From positions 42,443 to 106,442 of the forward strand of contig JAKARM010000001.1 of the NCBI GenBank assembly GCA_021822165.1: a DNA stretch of 64,000 bases. The letters are read 5' to 3'. Both the position numbers and the translations under genes were made by a program. Below, piece by piece: positions 55,523-63,878 of this stretch (positions are counted from its first letter, which is position 1; each line of letters opens with the position of its first letter). Origin of the DNA: Candidatus Micrarchaeota archaeon (GTDB lineage Archaea; Micrarchaeota; Micrarchaeia; Micrarchaeales; Micrarchaeaceae). The notes under the pieces were generated by a model, which was given only the letters and a program-made list of their open reading frames with translations, made no database searches and was not told the DNA's origin.

Positions 55523-56692
55523 TCAAGGCTGCAGCCAGTCTATCTCATAGTACTCGTATTCGCTTTTCGGCAGGTCTATCCTCCGAACCTTGTAATAGGT
55601 GACTGCCGTTTCTCTGTCCGCAATCGCTATGATCAGCTCGAGCTTGCGCTGCTTGGCCTCGTTTATTATAGCGGAAAGCTCGCTGCCCCCTATATACTCG
55701 TTCTCGCTCAGGGAGAGCATCGCGAACCTCGGGCTTTCCGAATTAGGCACCTCGATGGTGCCGTTTTTCCTATGAAAGAGGATGAAATCTATCGAGACGT
55801 TCTTCTTCCTGCTCTTGCCGGGTATTGCCAGGATGAAGGTCTTGCGGACGGAGTGGGCGACCCTTATAACCCTTGCCCATTCGGACGTCAGCATCTTTAC
55901 GTCGCGCGGAAAGACATGCAGCACGTGCCTTGAGTGCACCCATGTATTGTCGGTCTTCTGGGGTTTCGCCCCGGGGAAGTATATCCTGAAATGGGTCCCG
56001 AACTTGAACCCTGTTTTTATTATGTACCCTTTGCTCCTCCAGTCGGAATATACGTTGTAGAGCTTTGTGAAGTCTTCCCGGCGTTTGGTCGCGACTTCCA
56101 TTATTCCGGCCCTCTTGTAGTTTACCACTTTCAGCACCCCCGCATCCATAAGGAACAAGGTCTCGAATATGTCGAGCTTGTTGAGGATGCCGTGGTTATC
56201 CACCTTGTAGGTCCCGTACTGGCCGAACCACCCCTCCGCATATACCTCTTTCCCATCCTTGTTGTTGTCCACCACCGTCGTGAGGTCGTCCGGGAAGAAT
56301 AGCCCTTCCATATGCCACCCCTTGAGGCTGAAGGTGGAGGAGGGATACCCCTTGAGGGGGATCTTATAGCTCTCTTTCTGGGAAAATTTAAACTTTGCAT
56401 CCTTTATTATGAGTCCCCTGTCCCTCCAGTCCTTGTAGGTGAAATATCTCGCCATGAACTTCTTCTTGCTCACGTACGCAGAGGCAAGGTCGTTGAAGGG
56501 AACTTTCAGCCCTTTTGGAGTCGAGCAGTCGGCGTTTCTTACATCTATGAGGAATAGCGCCTCCTCTGGGAGGAGATGGAGCTTCCTGTCCTTCATCTCC
56601 CCAAAATGGCCGGACCGGAGTATGTCGATTGTTGACTGGTCCTCGGCGTATAGCCCTTTTTTAGCATTAGATATAATCTTCAGGACCATCAA
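55523..56692 (-). CDS. endA: tRNA-splicing endonuclease, three-unit single-polypeptide form (389 aa)
   Basis: Central catalytic unit SDWRSKGYIIKTGFKFGTHFRIYFPG...WVHSRHVLHVF; degenerate N-terminal unit (YKDWRDRGLIIKDAKFKF); additional C-terminal unit (ELIIAIADRETAVTYYKVRRI). Confidence 0.85.
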   Translation of the reverse strand: MMVLKIISNAKKGLYAEDQSTIDILRSGHFGEMKDRKLHLLPEEALFLIDVRNADCSTPKGLKVPFNDLASAYVSKKKFMARYFTYKDWRDRGLIIKDAKFKFSQKESYKIPLKGYPSSTFSLKGWHMEGLFFPDDLTTVVDNNKDGKEVYAEGWFGQYGTYKVDNHGILNKLDIFETLFLMDAGVLKVVNYKRAGIMEVATKRREDFTKLYNVYSDWRSKGYIIKTGFKFGTHFRIYFPGAKPQKTDNTWVHSRHVLHVFPRDVKMLTSEWARVIRVAHSVRKTFILAIPGKSRKKNVSIDFILFHRKNGTIEVPNSESPRFAMLSLSENEYIGGSELSAIINEAKQRKLELIIAIADRETAVTYYKVRRIDLPKSEYEYYEIDWLQP

Positions 56693-56700
56693 AGCACGGC

Positions 56701-57651
56701 CTAATCGGTTATGCCCTTAGCCGTTATCTTTATCACGCATTCCCCTTCAGGCATATTCGGGGAATCGACAAGGCGCACTATCCTCTTCTCTTCCTTGCTC
56801 TTCCGCATGTACAGCCTCGTTGTAGCCGCATGCGCAAGCACGTTCCCCCCTATGGGGGTTGTTGGATCGCCAAACATTATCCCGGGGTTGTCCATCACCT
56901 GGTTTGTTATGTATATCGCCAGGCCATACTTGTCGGCGAGGGTCTGGAGGTGGTGTATGTGCAGGTTCAGCTTCTGCTGCCTCTCCCCGAGAGCGCCCCT
57001 GCCGACGAACTCCGACCGGAAGAGGGAGGTGATGGAGTCGACGACTATCAGCTTTATGTTCCTCTCCACTATCAGCTTGTCTGCACGCTCTATCGTAAGT
57101 ATCTGCTGGGCGGTGGTCGCTGCCCGCACCACCACTATGTTTTTCAGCACCTCGTTGGGGTCTAGCCCCGCCCTCTCTGCCATGCTTTCGAGCCTTTCCG
57201 GCCTGAAGGTGCCTTCCGTATCCACGAACAGCACATTGCCGTCCATCCCCCCCTTGTCTTTCGGAAGCTGGACATTCACGGACAGCTGGAAGCCGATCTG
57301 GGACTTGCCGCTAGCGAACCTGCCATATGCCTCGGTTATCCCGTTGGCCTCGACGCCGCCGCCTATCAGTTCGTCAAGCGCGCTTGAACTGGTCGTTATC
57401 CTGCCTATGTTCTTCCTCATTTCGGAGATCACGTCCCCTGTCGAGAAATTGATCGTTGTTGCGTCTATCGCCGCCTGGACCGCCTTCTTCGCGTTTTCCA
57501 GGCTTATACCTGCAGTTTCCGAAAGCTCGTGGGGAGGGGTTGTCGCCACCTTTTCCAGGGAGTCTATGCCTGCGGCCCTCAGCTTCTCCGCGGTAGTCTC
57601 CCCGACACCGGGAAGGTCCTCCAGCTCCTTTATCGCTTTCTCTTTCGGCAT
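56701..57651 (-). CDS. radA: DNA repair and recombination protein RadA
   Basis: HhH (LEDLPGVGETTAEKL), Walker A GRFASGKSQ, Walker B LIVVDSITS, GGNVLAHAATTR; ATG 57651 with TATA-like TTTATAG about 35 nt upstream. Confidence 0.95.
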   Translation of the reverse strand: MPKEKAIKELEDLPGVGETTAEKLRAAGIDSLEKVATTPPHELSETAGISLENAKKAVQAAIDATTINFSTGDVISEMRKNIGRITTSSSALDELIGGGVEANGITEAYGRFASGKSQIGFQLSVNVQLPKDKGGMDGNVLFVDTEGTFRPERLESMAERAGLDPNEVLKNIVVVRAATTAQQILTIERADKLIVERNIKLIVVDSITSLFRSEFVGRGALGERQQKLNLHIHHLQTLADKYGLAIYITNQVMDNPGIMFGDPTTPIGGNVLAHAATTRLYMRKSKEEKRIVRLVDSPNMPEGECVIKITAKGITD

Positions 57652-57788
57652 TTGAACACGGCATCTGGTTGAAGACATAACTATAAATAAGTCATGCGGC
57701 AAAGTAAAATATAATATCAAGACATATATCATACTGCTGGAACTCTTTTATTTGTTTGTGTCTGGTGCCGCAAAAGAAGTAGGAAAAG

Positions 57789-57829
57789 GCCAGCACGGAT
57801 AAATCCGCGCTGGCAAGCGACCAGTTTTT
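57789..57829 (+). other. 12-bp hairpin followed by T5 in the radA upstream intergenic region
   Basis: GCCAGCACGGAT-aa-ATCCGCGCTGGC (one A.C mismatch), then 10 nt and TTTTT (57825-57829); no + strand gene upstream. Confidence 0.4.
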
Positions 57830-57940
57830 ACGACCCTCTTACAGTTCCAGGACATTATATCCTGTAATAAGCCTTTTGATGCCCATATTTAAAAAGCTTT
57901 CTAAATACCGGAATATTTCTCATATAAATGGAATGGTTTT

Positions 57941-58642
57941 ATGGACTTTCTCACTCTTGACGCCAAAGGAATTTTCGTCGCCATCATCCTCGCGGCCCTT
58001 CTGCTGTTCTTCGGCGGAGGGATCCATGCAGCCGGCGGGTTCTTCCTGGTGATGATGCTGTGGTTCCTGTTTTTCTCAGCCATAACGACGCGGATCGGAA
58101 AGCCCATGAAAAAGAGGCTGAACCTGTACGAGAGCTCGAGGGGGTTTAAGAATGTGATAGCCAACGGGGCCGGGCCCTTGCTTTTCAGCATGGTGTTCTA
58201 CCTGTCCGGCGGCAGCCCCTTCCTGCGCTACGCCGCAATCGTAGGGTTTGTATCAGGCATAGCCGCGGTGACCGCAGACAAATTTAGCAGCGAGATAGGA
58301 GTGCTCGACGGAACCCCGATAATGATAACGACCCTTAAACATGTCAAAAAAGGGACATCTGGCGGGATAACTCCGGTGGGTGTGGCTGCTGGGGCGCTCG
58401 GGGCTATCCTGATATCGGTGTCGGCGTTGATGTATGCCGGTATGCTCAACTCGTACGGGTCGTTGTTTAACCCCCTCGTCTTCGTGGCCTCCTGCGCGGC
58501 GGCCGGGATCATCGGCACGGTTGTTGATTCTGTAATCGGTTATTACGAGACAAACGGGATAGGCAATAAACACACCACAAACTTCATGGCTGCCGTTGCC
58601 GGAAGCCTTGCGGGAATCCTCATCTATTTCCTATTTTTATGA
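57941..58642 (+). CDS. DUF92/TMEM19-family integral membrane protein
   Basis: 7 TM helices, SRGFKNVIANG, AAVTADKFSSEIG, TSGGITPVG motifs recalled from the DUF92 family. Confidence 0.65.
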   Translation: MDFLTLDAKGIFVAIILAALLLFFGGGIHAAGGFFLVMMLWFLFFSAITTRIGKPMKKRLNLYESSRGFKNVIANGAGPLLFSMVFYLSGGSPFLRYAAIVGFVSGIAAVTADKFSSEIGVLDGTPIMITTLKHVKKGTSGGITPVGVAAGALGAILISVSALMYAGMLNSYGSLFNPLVFVASCAAAGIIGTVVDSVIGYYETNGIGNKHTTNFMAAVAGSLAGILIYFLFL

Positions 58643-58706
58643 TCGTCGCAAGATTAGAACCAGGAGCCATAAACAAGCCTATGGTGGCCTCTTTTCCTCT
58701 ATTATA

Positions 58707-58779
58707 TGCGGGTACCGGGATTTGAACCCGGGCTACAGCCTTGGGAAGGCCGTGTCCTGCCAGGCTAGACTATACCCGC
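58707..58779 (-). tRNA. tRNA-Gly(CCC), intron-less
   Basis: GCGGGTA-TA-GTCT-AGCCTGGCA-GGAC-A-CGGCC-TTCCCAA-GGCTG-TAG(C)-CCGGG-TTCAAAT-CCCGG-TACCCGC-A. Confidence 0.9.
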
Positions 58780-58787
58780 GCCATTAT

Positions 58788-59582
58788 TCATCTTATATAA
58801 GTAGGGCTTTTCAGATCCTTCCCGAAATCCGGAGCACCGGGCACCGATATGCCCCCAGAAACCCCTGCCTGTTTTTCAAGCTCTTTTATAGAATCGGTTG
58901 TTCTTGTTATTATAGTATCCAAATTCGCTGTTGATATGTTTACCTTGAGATTGTTATTAAGCACTGTTATCACAGCCTTCGCCGCCGCCGCATCGAAATC
59001 AAGGAAATTAGACTCGCCCATCAAGCATATGCCATCGATGCCTTTCATCTTTGCGAAGGCGATTATAAGGCCTGCCGACCCCCAGATCATCCCTCTCGTC
59101 TCCCCAAACACCACACCGCATTCCTTGAAGGCATCTATCATGTGTTTTTTATTTACATTCCCAAAGACCCGGGGAGACTCGGTAACCATCCCTTCCCTGT
59201 TATAACCGCCTATTGTATAGATAGTGGTACAGTTTAGTTCGCCGGCCAGAAAATCAACAATCATCGAATTCACCTCATACTGCCCCTCAGAGGTTGCTGC
59301 CTGGGCATCTCCGGTTATCACTATGATGTCCCTTCTCTTTTGTTTTCCTTTTATCAGATAGAATTTGTTGCTTGGGATCCTTATCCCCCCGCTTTTCAAC
59401 ATCGTTACGTGGTGTGGAAAATGGGGAGAGTATAATGTGGCAAACTTTACACCCTTAAACTCTTTTATCATCTGGGTGGATATAAGGTTGCCCACATTGC
59501 CTATTCCAGGAAGGCCGACTATTGCCAGAGGGTTGTTTGTTTTTGGCGACTTGTGTTTTATTATCGTTGTTTTTGTTATCAT
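58788..59582 (-). CDS. PAC2-family proteasome assembly chaperone (COG1938)
   Basis: PLAIVGLPGIGNVGNL, YSPHFPHHV, VITGDAQA, YTIGGY motifs; conserved position downstream of aIF2-alpha. Confidence 0.8.
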   Translation of the reverse strand: MITKTTIIKHKSPKTNNPLAIVGLPGIGNVGNLISTQMIKEFKGVKFATLYSPHFPHHVTMLKSGGIRIPSNKFYLIKGKQKRRDIIVITGDAQAATSEGQYEVNSMIVDFLAGELNCTTIYTIGGYNREGMVTESPRVFGNVNKKHMIDAFKECGVVFGETRGMIWGSAGLIIAFAKMKGIDGICLMGESNFLDFDAAAAKAVITVLNNNLKVNISTANLDTIITRTTDSIKELEKQAGVSGGISVPGAPDFGKDLKSPTYIR

Positions 59583-59604
59583 CAGTTAAACCTTGTTTGT
59601 TGTT

Positions 59605-60429
59605 TTATTTAAACATATAATCTAGTAGGCTTTCTTTATCACGTTTTAGTTTCTCCTTTTCCACTTCAAAAGTTAGGTCCTTGGTTTGTTTTGATTTTAT
59701 CAGCTCCACAACCTGCTTGATTTTGTTTTCAGCATCCATAAAGTCCTTTCCTTCTGAGCGCATGCGGTATTTGGGTGCGCTTATGTAACGTATATCCACT
59801 CCCGTCGTCTTTATACTTGAAAATAGGGATTTTAGCTCCGATACCCCTTTAGAGGTGTTTGTTGTTGATGTTATCAGCAGATAAGAAACGACATACCTCT
59901 TTTTCTTCTTATTTTCTTCTATTTCGTTGATTATCGTGTCTTTTATCAGTTTTGGGAGTTTTGAATTTTTGAACTCTTCTGTGTTCCTTATAGCATTACT
60001 TATAAGGTTTGTATATGTCCCGAATTCCGATCGGACGGTGTCTTCAAGCTGTTCCGGCTTTTCATCCTTCACGCTCTTTGATTTCTGGATGAACAACGTT
60101 TTAAATCTTTTTTCCAGGTTGTACGCCCCCATTTTTTCTTTTGAATCGGCAGGAGTTACTCTTTTCAGAGATATATCTATCGTATTTTTATCCTTGTCGA
60201 ACAGGATAACCTTACAGACTATCTGCTGGCCTTGATGCAGAAATTCGTGTATGTTTTTTATCCACCCTGAAGAAACTTCCCGTATAGGTAAGAACGCTTC
60301 CAGATTATCATATTCTAGCAACCTGCAATAACCCCCAAGTTTTGTTATTTTTGTTACTTGTACTATTACAAGTTGGGAGGGTTTTGGAAATTTGTTTGAT
60401 TGCATCTCACTATCATGCGTTGTATGCAC
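59605..60429 (-). CDS. eif2a: Translation initiation factor 2 alpha subunit
   Basis: S1 domain (VIVQVTKITKLGGYCRLLEYDNLEAFLPIREVSSGWIKNI...ISLKRV), helical and alpha-beta C-terminal domains; alternative start M9. Confidence 0.9.
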   Translation of the reverse strand: MHTTHDSEMQSNKFPKPSQLVIVQVTKITKLGGYCRLLEYDNLEAFLPIREVSSGWIKNIHEFLHQGQQIVCKVILFDKDKNTIDISLKRVTPADSKEKMGAYNLEKRFKTLFIQKSKSVKDEKPEQLEDTVRSEFGTYTNLISNAIRNTEEFKNSKLPKLIKDTIINEIEENKKKKRYVVSYLLITSTTNTSKGVSELKSLFSSIKTTGVDIRYISAPKYRMRSEGKDFMDAENKIKQVVELIKSKQTKDLTFEVEKEKLKRDKESLLDYMFK

Positions 60430-60430
60430 C

Positions 60431-60712
60431 TTATTGTTTTAATTCAATTTTCTTCTTCGTACGGGTACCTAGCACGCGTTCCACACCATACTTACAATCT
60501 TTACAATAGAGGATCACTTTTTGGCGCTTGCTTATTTTCTTTACTTTGGCTTGCCCCTTTACCTTTCCAATATAACCCGTTCTCTTCCTCTGGGCCCTCC
60601 TAGTACCTACGCTCAACCCCGATTCTGGTTTTTTAGAATATAATTTCACAGTATGTGCTGTGTGTTTATCGCATTTAGGGCAATATGTTTTTACCTCTTT
60701 CACAATTTTCAT
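60431..60712 (-). CDS. rpl44e: 50S ribosomal protein L44e (eL42)
   Basis: YCPKCDKHTAH ... RRAQRKRTGYIGKVKG ... LYCKDCKY zinc-ribbon pattern, 93 aa. Confidence 0.9.
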   Translation of the reverse strand: MKIVKEVKTYCPKCDKHTAHTVKLYSKKPESGLSVGTRRAQRKRTGYIGKVKGQAKVKKISKRQKVILYCKDCKYGVERVLGTRTKKKIELKQ

Positions 60713-60919
60713 AAAATCTCCTTTATAATATATCTATTATTACTATAGTTATTAAGTTTAAAGTATTTATCTATTAAGAACGCATATTTTTATCCCATAT
60801 TTTAATAAAAATTAGTGTTGTTATTTGTCGTTTTTAGTGTTTATATAAGGTATTTTATATAGATTAAATACTACAATCTTATATAGGTTGTATAGTACAT
60901 AGTGATGTTGTTTTAATTT

Positions 60920-61432
60920 TCAACCCACATCGATACATATAGAATTGGTTATTAAAAACTCCTTATCATCAGCATCGCGTATAGATATTATTTGGTTTTT
61001 TGATAGCGGCCCAATTTTACTATTACTAGGGAGGATTATTTCCGGGATGTCGTTCAGTACTTTAAGGGAGTGGTCATTATTTTTAGTAAAATTAATTTTT
61101 GATGATTTGTTCAGAGAGACCAGGTTGTTATAAAATTCCATTTCTTCTTTTATCTGGTTTTGTGATATCTGTTTACCATAAGCCACATATAACATTATTT
61201 TTTGTTTTCTTTTATCATACAGCCCAGTGACCAGCCGTATTGCATTTTCTTTGATGTTAGGTGTGTTACCTATTATCTGATTTGGGTTGTAGTTATTGAT
61301 AAAACCAATGACATCTGTATAAAAATTTTTAGGAAGGTGTTGGAGTTCATTTGTTTTCTTCTCGTTTTGGAAAGCTTGCCATAAAACATTATACACTTCC
61401 TCATCAACCATCCCTACACCCCACAATTCCAC
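60920..61432 (-). CDS. GINS-like replication protein (Gins51-type), tentative
   Basis: N-terminal helical part (LWQAFQNEKKTNELQHLPKNFYTDV ... YDKRKQKIMLYVA) and C-terminal small beta domain (LKVLNDIPEIILPSNSKIGPLSKNQIISI...FLI) fit the archaeal GINS layout. Confidence 0.5.
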   Translation of the reverse strand: MELWGVGMVDEEVYNVLWQAFQNEKKTNELQHLPKNFYTDVIGFINNYNPNQIIGNTPNIKENAIRLVTGLYDKRKQKIMLYVAYGKQISQNQIKEEMEFYNNLVSLNKSSKINFTKNNDHSLKVLNDIPEIILPSNSKIGPLSKNQIISIRDADDKEFLITNSICIDVG

Positions 61433-61557
61433 TATTCATATCTTTTTTTATATATATAAGGATTGATAAATTCAACATATAATGAAATAATACTGAGTTT
61501 TTGAAATTTGTGAAAATAATACCGGAACTCTACCCTCCTTTCCCAACCAAAACAGAA

Positions 61558-61632
61558 TAGCGAGGAATGGATTTGAACCATTGATCTCCGGGTTATGAGC
61601 CCGGCGGGCACTCCAGACTACCCTACCTCGCT
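61558..61632 (-). tRNA. Initiator tRNA-Met(CAU)
   Basis: A1:U72 terminal pair (AGCGAGG/CCTCGCT + A73), three consecutive G:C pairs at the base of the anticodon stem (CCGGG-CTCATAA-CCCGG), T arm ATGG(T)-TCAAAT-CCAT. Confidence 0.88.
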
Positions 61633-61675
61633 TTAATAAAACAACGAAACAGACAAATTATATTTAAACCACATG

Positions 61676-62470
61676 TTATAATTCTTTCATTTTTTTGTTA
61701 GTGCTTTCCACTACAAGGTTTTCGGCAGATTTTCTATCAATCCTTTCCAAGTCCCTGCCACAATAACATTTAAAGTTTGACTCGAAAACAGCATCGAAAT
61801 TCAATACAAGTTTATCATCCTGGTAACATTTCTTACAAATAAAATAATCATCACAACTATCTGTTATTATTGTTGTTTTGTTGTTTTTATTTATATATTC
61901 GAAAAACTGGTCAATTTTTGTCGTGTTTATACTCCAGAAGAAAGAAAGCCACCCTTTATTATCCTTATATGTATTGTAGTTTGTTATACCGTATCCTTGC
62001 AAAATGTTCAAGATCCTCCTAACACTGTTTATCTTCATATCTAATATCTCTGCAATCTGCTCGTCTGTTTTAGGTACAGCTAGCAACGATATAACCTCTG
62101 CTGCGCGTTTATTGACATTCTGCCCTATGTAGGAATTAGCCCTTTCATTACTTAATAATTTTTTAATAACCTCTTTAACGAAAATTTCATCGCTTTCGGC
62201 CTTTTTAGCTATTCTGAGTTTATTGTCTGCATCCCTCTTTTTTATCCTGGCGGCTGCATTGTCTGCCTTGATAATATCCCTTGCTTTAGGATTGGTGTTT
62301 TTAAGGTTTTTAAAGGTGTTTTTTGTTTTGATGATCTTTTTGTTGTTATTAACCTTCTTTACAACCTTTCTTTTACTTGCCTGTGCCCTCTTTACCTGTG
62401 CCTTGACATCTTTCTTACCTTTCTTAATATTCTTATTATATTTAGGTTTTTTATTGTTCATATACATCAC
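61676..62470 (-). CDS. tfe: Transcription factor E (TFE alpha-like) with about 95-aa Lys/Asn-rich N-terminal extension
   Basis: wH domain (KTDEQIAEILDMKINSVRRILNILQGYGI...KGWLSFFW) and Zn-ribbon-like C-terminus (FICKKC...CYCG); extension MMYMNNKKPKYNKNIKKGKKD... Confidence 0.7.
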   Translation of the reverse strand: MMYMNNKKPKYNKNIKKGKKDVKAQVKRAQASKRKVVKKVNNNKKIIKTKNTFKNLKNTNPKARDIIKADNAAARIKKRDADNKLRIAKKAESDEIFVKEVIKKLLSNERANSYIGQNVNKRAAEVISLLAVPKTDEQIAEILDMKINSVRRILNILQGYGITNYNTYKDNKGWLSFFWSINTTKIDQFFEYINKNNKTTIITDSCDDYFICKKCYQDDKLVLNFDAVFESNFKCYCGRDLERIDRKSAENLVVESTNKKMKEL

Positions 62471-62720
62471 AAAATCAAGAGCTATAGTATGTATTTTCTA
62501 TTTTCTATTATTTAAACCTTCTGTGGCGTTCTCCCCTCTATTGCGCCGTTAAGTGTTTCCTGATCACACCTAACCTCATTGTCCTATAAAACCGCCATTC
62601 ACCTAAAATAATCATGGTCTTGTTAATAAAAATGTAATCAGTTTTAAATATCTTCTCACCAAATATAGTTTAACGTCAGTATTTCTTGAACTAATATTTA
62701 TAATCTGAAACAGTGATCCT

Positions 62721-63293
62721 GTGGGAATATACAAACATATAAAAGAAGCCTTTAGGTCTGAGTACAAACAAAAGGACAGCGCATATAAAACAAGGCTCGT
62801 GCAATGGAATGCCGAACCCACAGTGATAACCATAGATAAACCTACGAACATCCCGCGCGCAAGAGAGCTTGGCTATAAGGCCAAACAGGGCGTTGTGGTG
62901 GTAAGAGTCAACATAAAGAAAGGAAAGAAAAAAAGGGTAACCCCCGGCGGCGGAAGAAAGCCCTCAAGGAGCGGCAGGTTTTTCTCGAGAAAAAAGAGCA
63001 TGCAATCAATAGCGGAGGAAAAGGCGAAAAGGAAATATATGAACTGCGAAATACTCAACTCATATTTCGTCGGCAGGACGGGCCAAAAGGAGTTTTTCGA
63101 GGTGATTCTCCTGGACAAATCCCACCCTGTTATAATATCAGACAAGGAATATAATCCGATTATCAACACCAACGGCAGGGCATTCAGAGGGCTTACCCGT
63201 TCTGGCAAACAGCATAGGGGGCTGATGAATAAAGGATACGGCGCAGAAAAACAGAGGCCAAGCGTCAGGAGCGCTACGAGGAAAAAGGGCTAA
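62721..63293 (+). CDS. rpl15e: 50S ribosomal protein L15e (eL15)
   Basis: GIYKHIKEAFR ... RLVQWNAEPTVITIDKPTNIPRARELGYKAKQGVVVVRV ... GRKPS; GTG start. Confidence 0.92.
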   Translation: MGIYKHIKEAFRSEYKQKDSAYKTRLVQWNAEPTVITIDKPTNIPRARELGYKAKQGVVVVRVNIKKGKKKRVTPGGGRKPSRSGRFFSRKKSMQSIAEEKAKRKYMNCEILNSYFVGRTGQKEFFEVILLDKSHPVIISDKEYNPIINTNGRAFRGLTRSGKQHRGLMNKGYGAEKQRPSVRSATRKKG

Positions 63294-63323
63294 TCTTTAT
63301 AGTTTGTTGGTCTTGTTGGTGGG

Positions 63324-63602
63324 TTGTTGATTTATCTGACAATATCCCGCCGCAATAACAAAGAAAGGGACCTTCTCTATTCTTTTATCCAAAAACATTA
63401 TTCAAAGACAAAAGAAAAAATAATTGTAAGGAGGGGCCATAAAAACATCACCGACATGATAAAAGACGCGCACAAAAAAGGCGCAAAAAACATAATTATT
63501 GCCGGTATGCAAAATGACCGGAGCATATCTGTCAGGAGGCTATTGCTGGTGGGAGACGGGGACTATCTCTGGAAAACGGATATCCCTCAAAAGGCGATTT
63601 AA
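63324..63602 (+). CDS. Hypothetical small protein (weak Brix/Imp4-like N-terminal pattern)
   Basis: LTISRRNNKERDLLYSF ... RRGHKNITDMIKDAHKKGAKNIIIAG recalls archaeal Brix-domain proteins often found next to rpl15e, but at 92 aa is only about half their length. Confidence 0.3.
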   Translation: MLIYLTISRRNNKERDLLYSFIQKHYSKTKEKIIVRRGHKNITDMIKDAHKKGAKNIIIAGMQNDRSISVRRLLLVGDGDYLWKTDIPQKAI

Positions 63603-63878
63603 TTGGGAGCAAAAACCATGACCGGCGCCTATAAAGTGACAATGGTGCTATTGAAAAAAGAGCCGGCGCTTTATACGAAAATAATCGGCAAGGCGCGGCA
63701 GTACGAAAGAAGCGACATGCAGGTCAAGGAATCGAAAAACCGGATAACAATATCCATCACGGCAAACGACCTGGCCGCCATGAAAGCATCGATAAATTCT
63801 GTGATGCGGGATCTGCAAACATTGGAAAACGTTGTAGGCAGTCTACCGGCACCCAGCACCGGCATGTCCGATAGGTAA
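63603..63878 (+). CDS. KEOPS Pcc1-like protein
   Basis: AYKVTMVLLKKEPALYTKI ... NRITISITANDLAAMKASINSVMRDLQTLENVV fits the Pcc1 beta-beta-beta-alpha pattern; TTG 63603 or ATG 63618 start. Confidence 0.5.
   Translation: MGAKTMTGAYKVTMVLLKKEPALYTKIIGKARQYERSDMQVKESKNRITISITANDLAAMKASINSVMRDLQTLENVVGSLPAPSTGMSDR

Noticed and set aside
62612-62851. 79-aa minus-strand ORF between TFE and L15e
   Set aside because: It overlaps the well-supported L15e N-terminus in antisense, and the hydrophobic translation is typical of AT-rich antisense frames.
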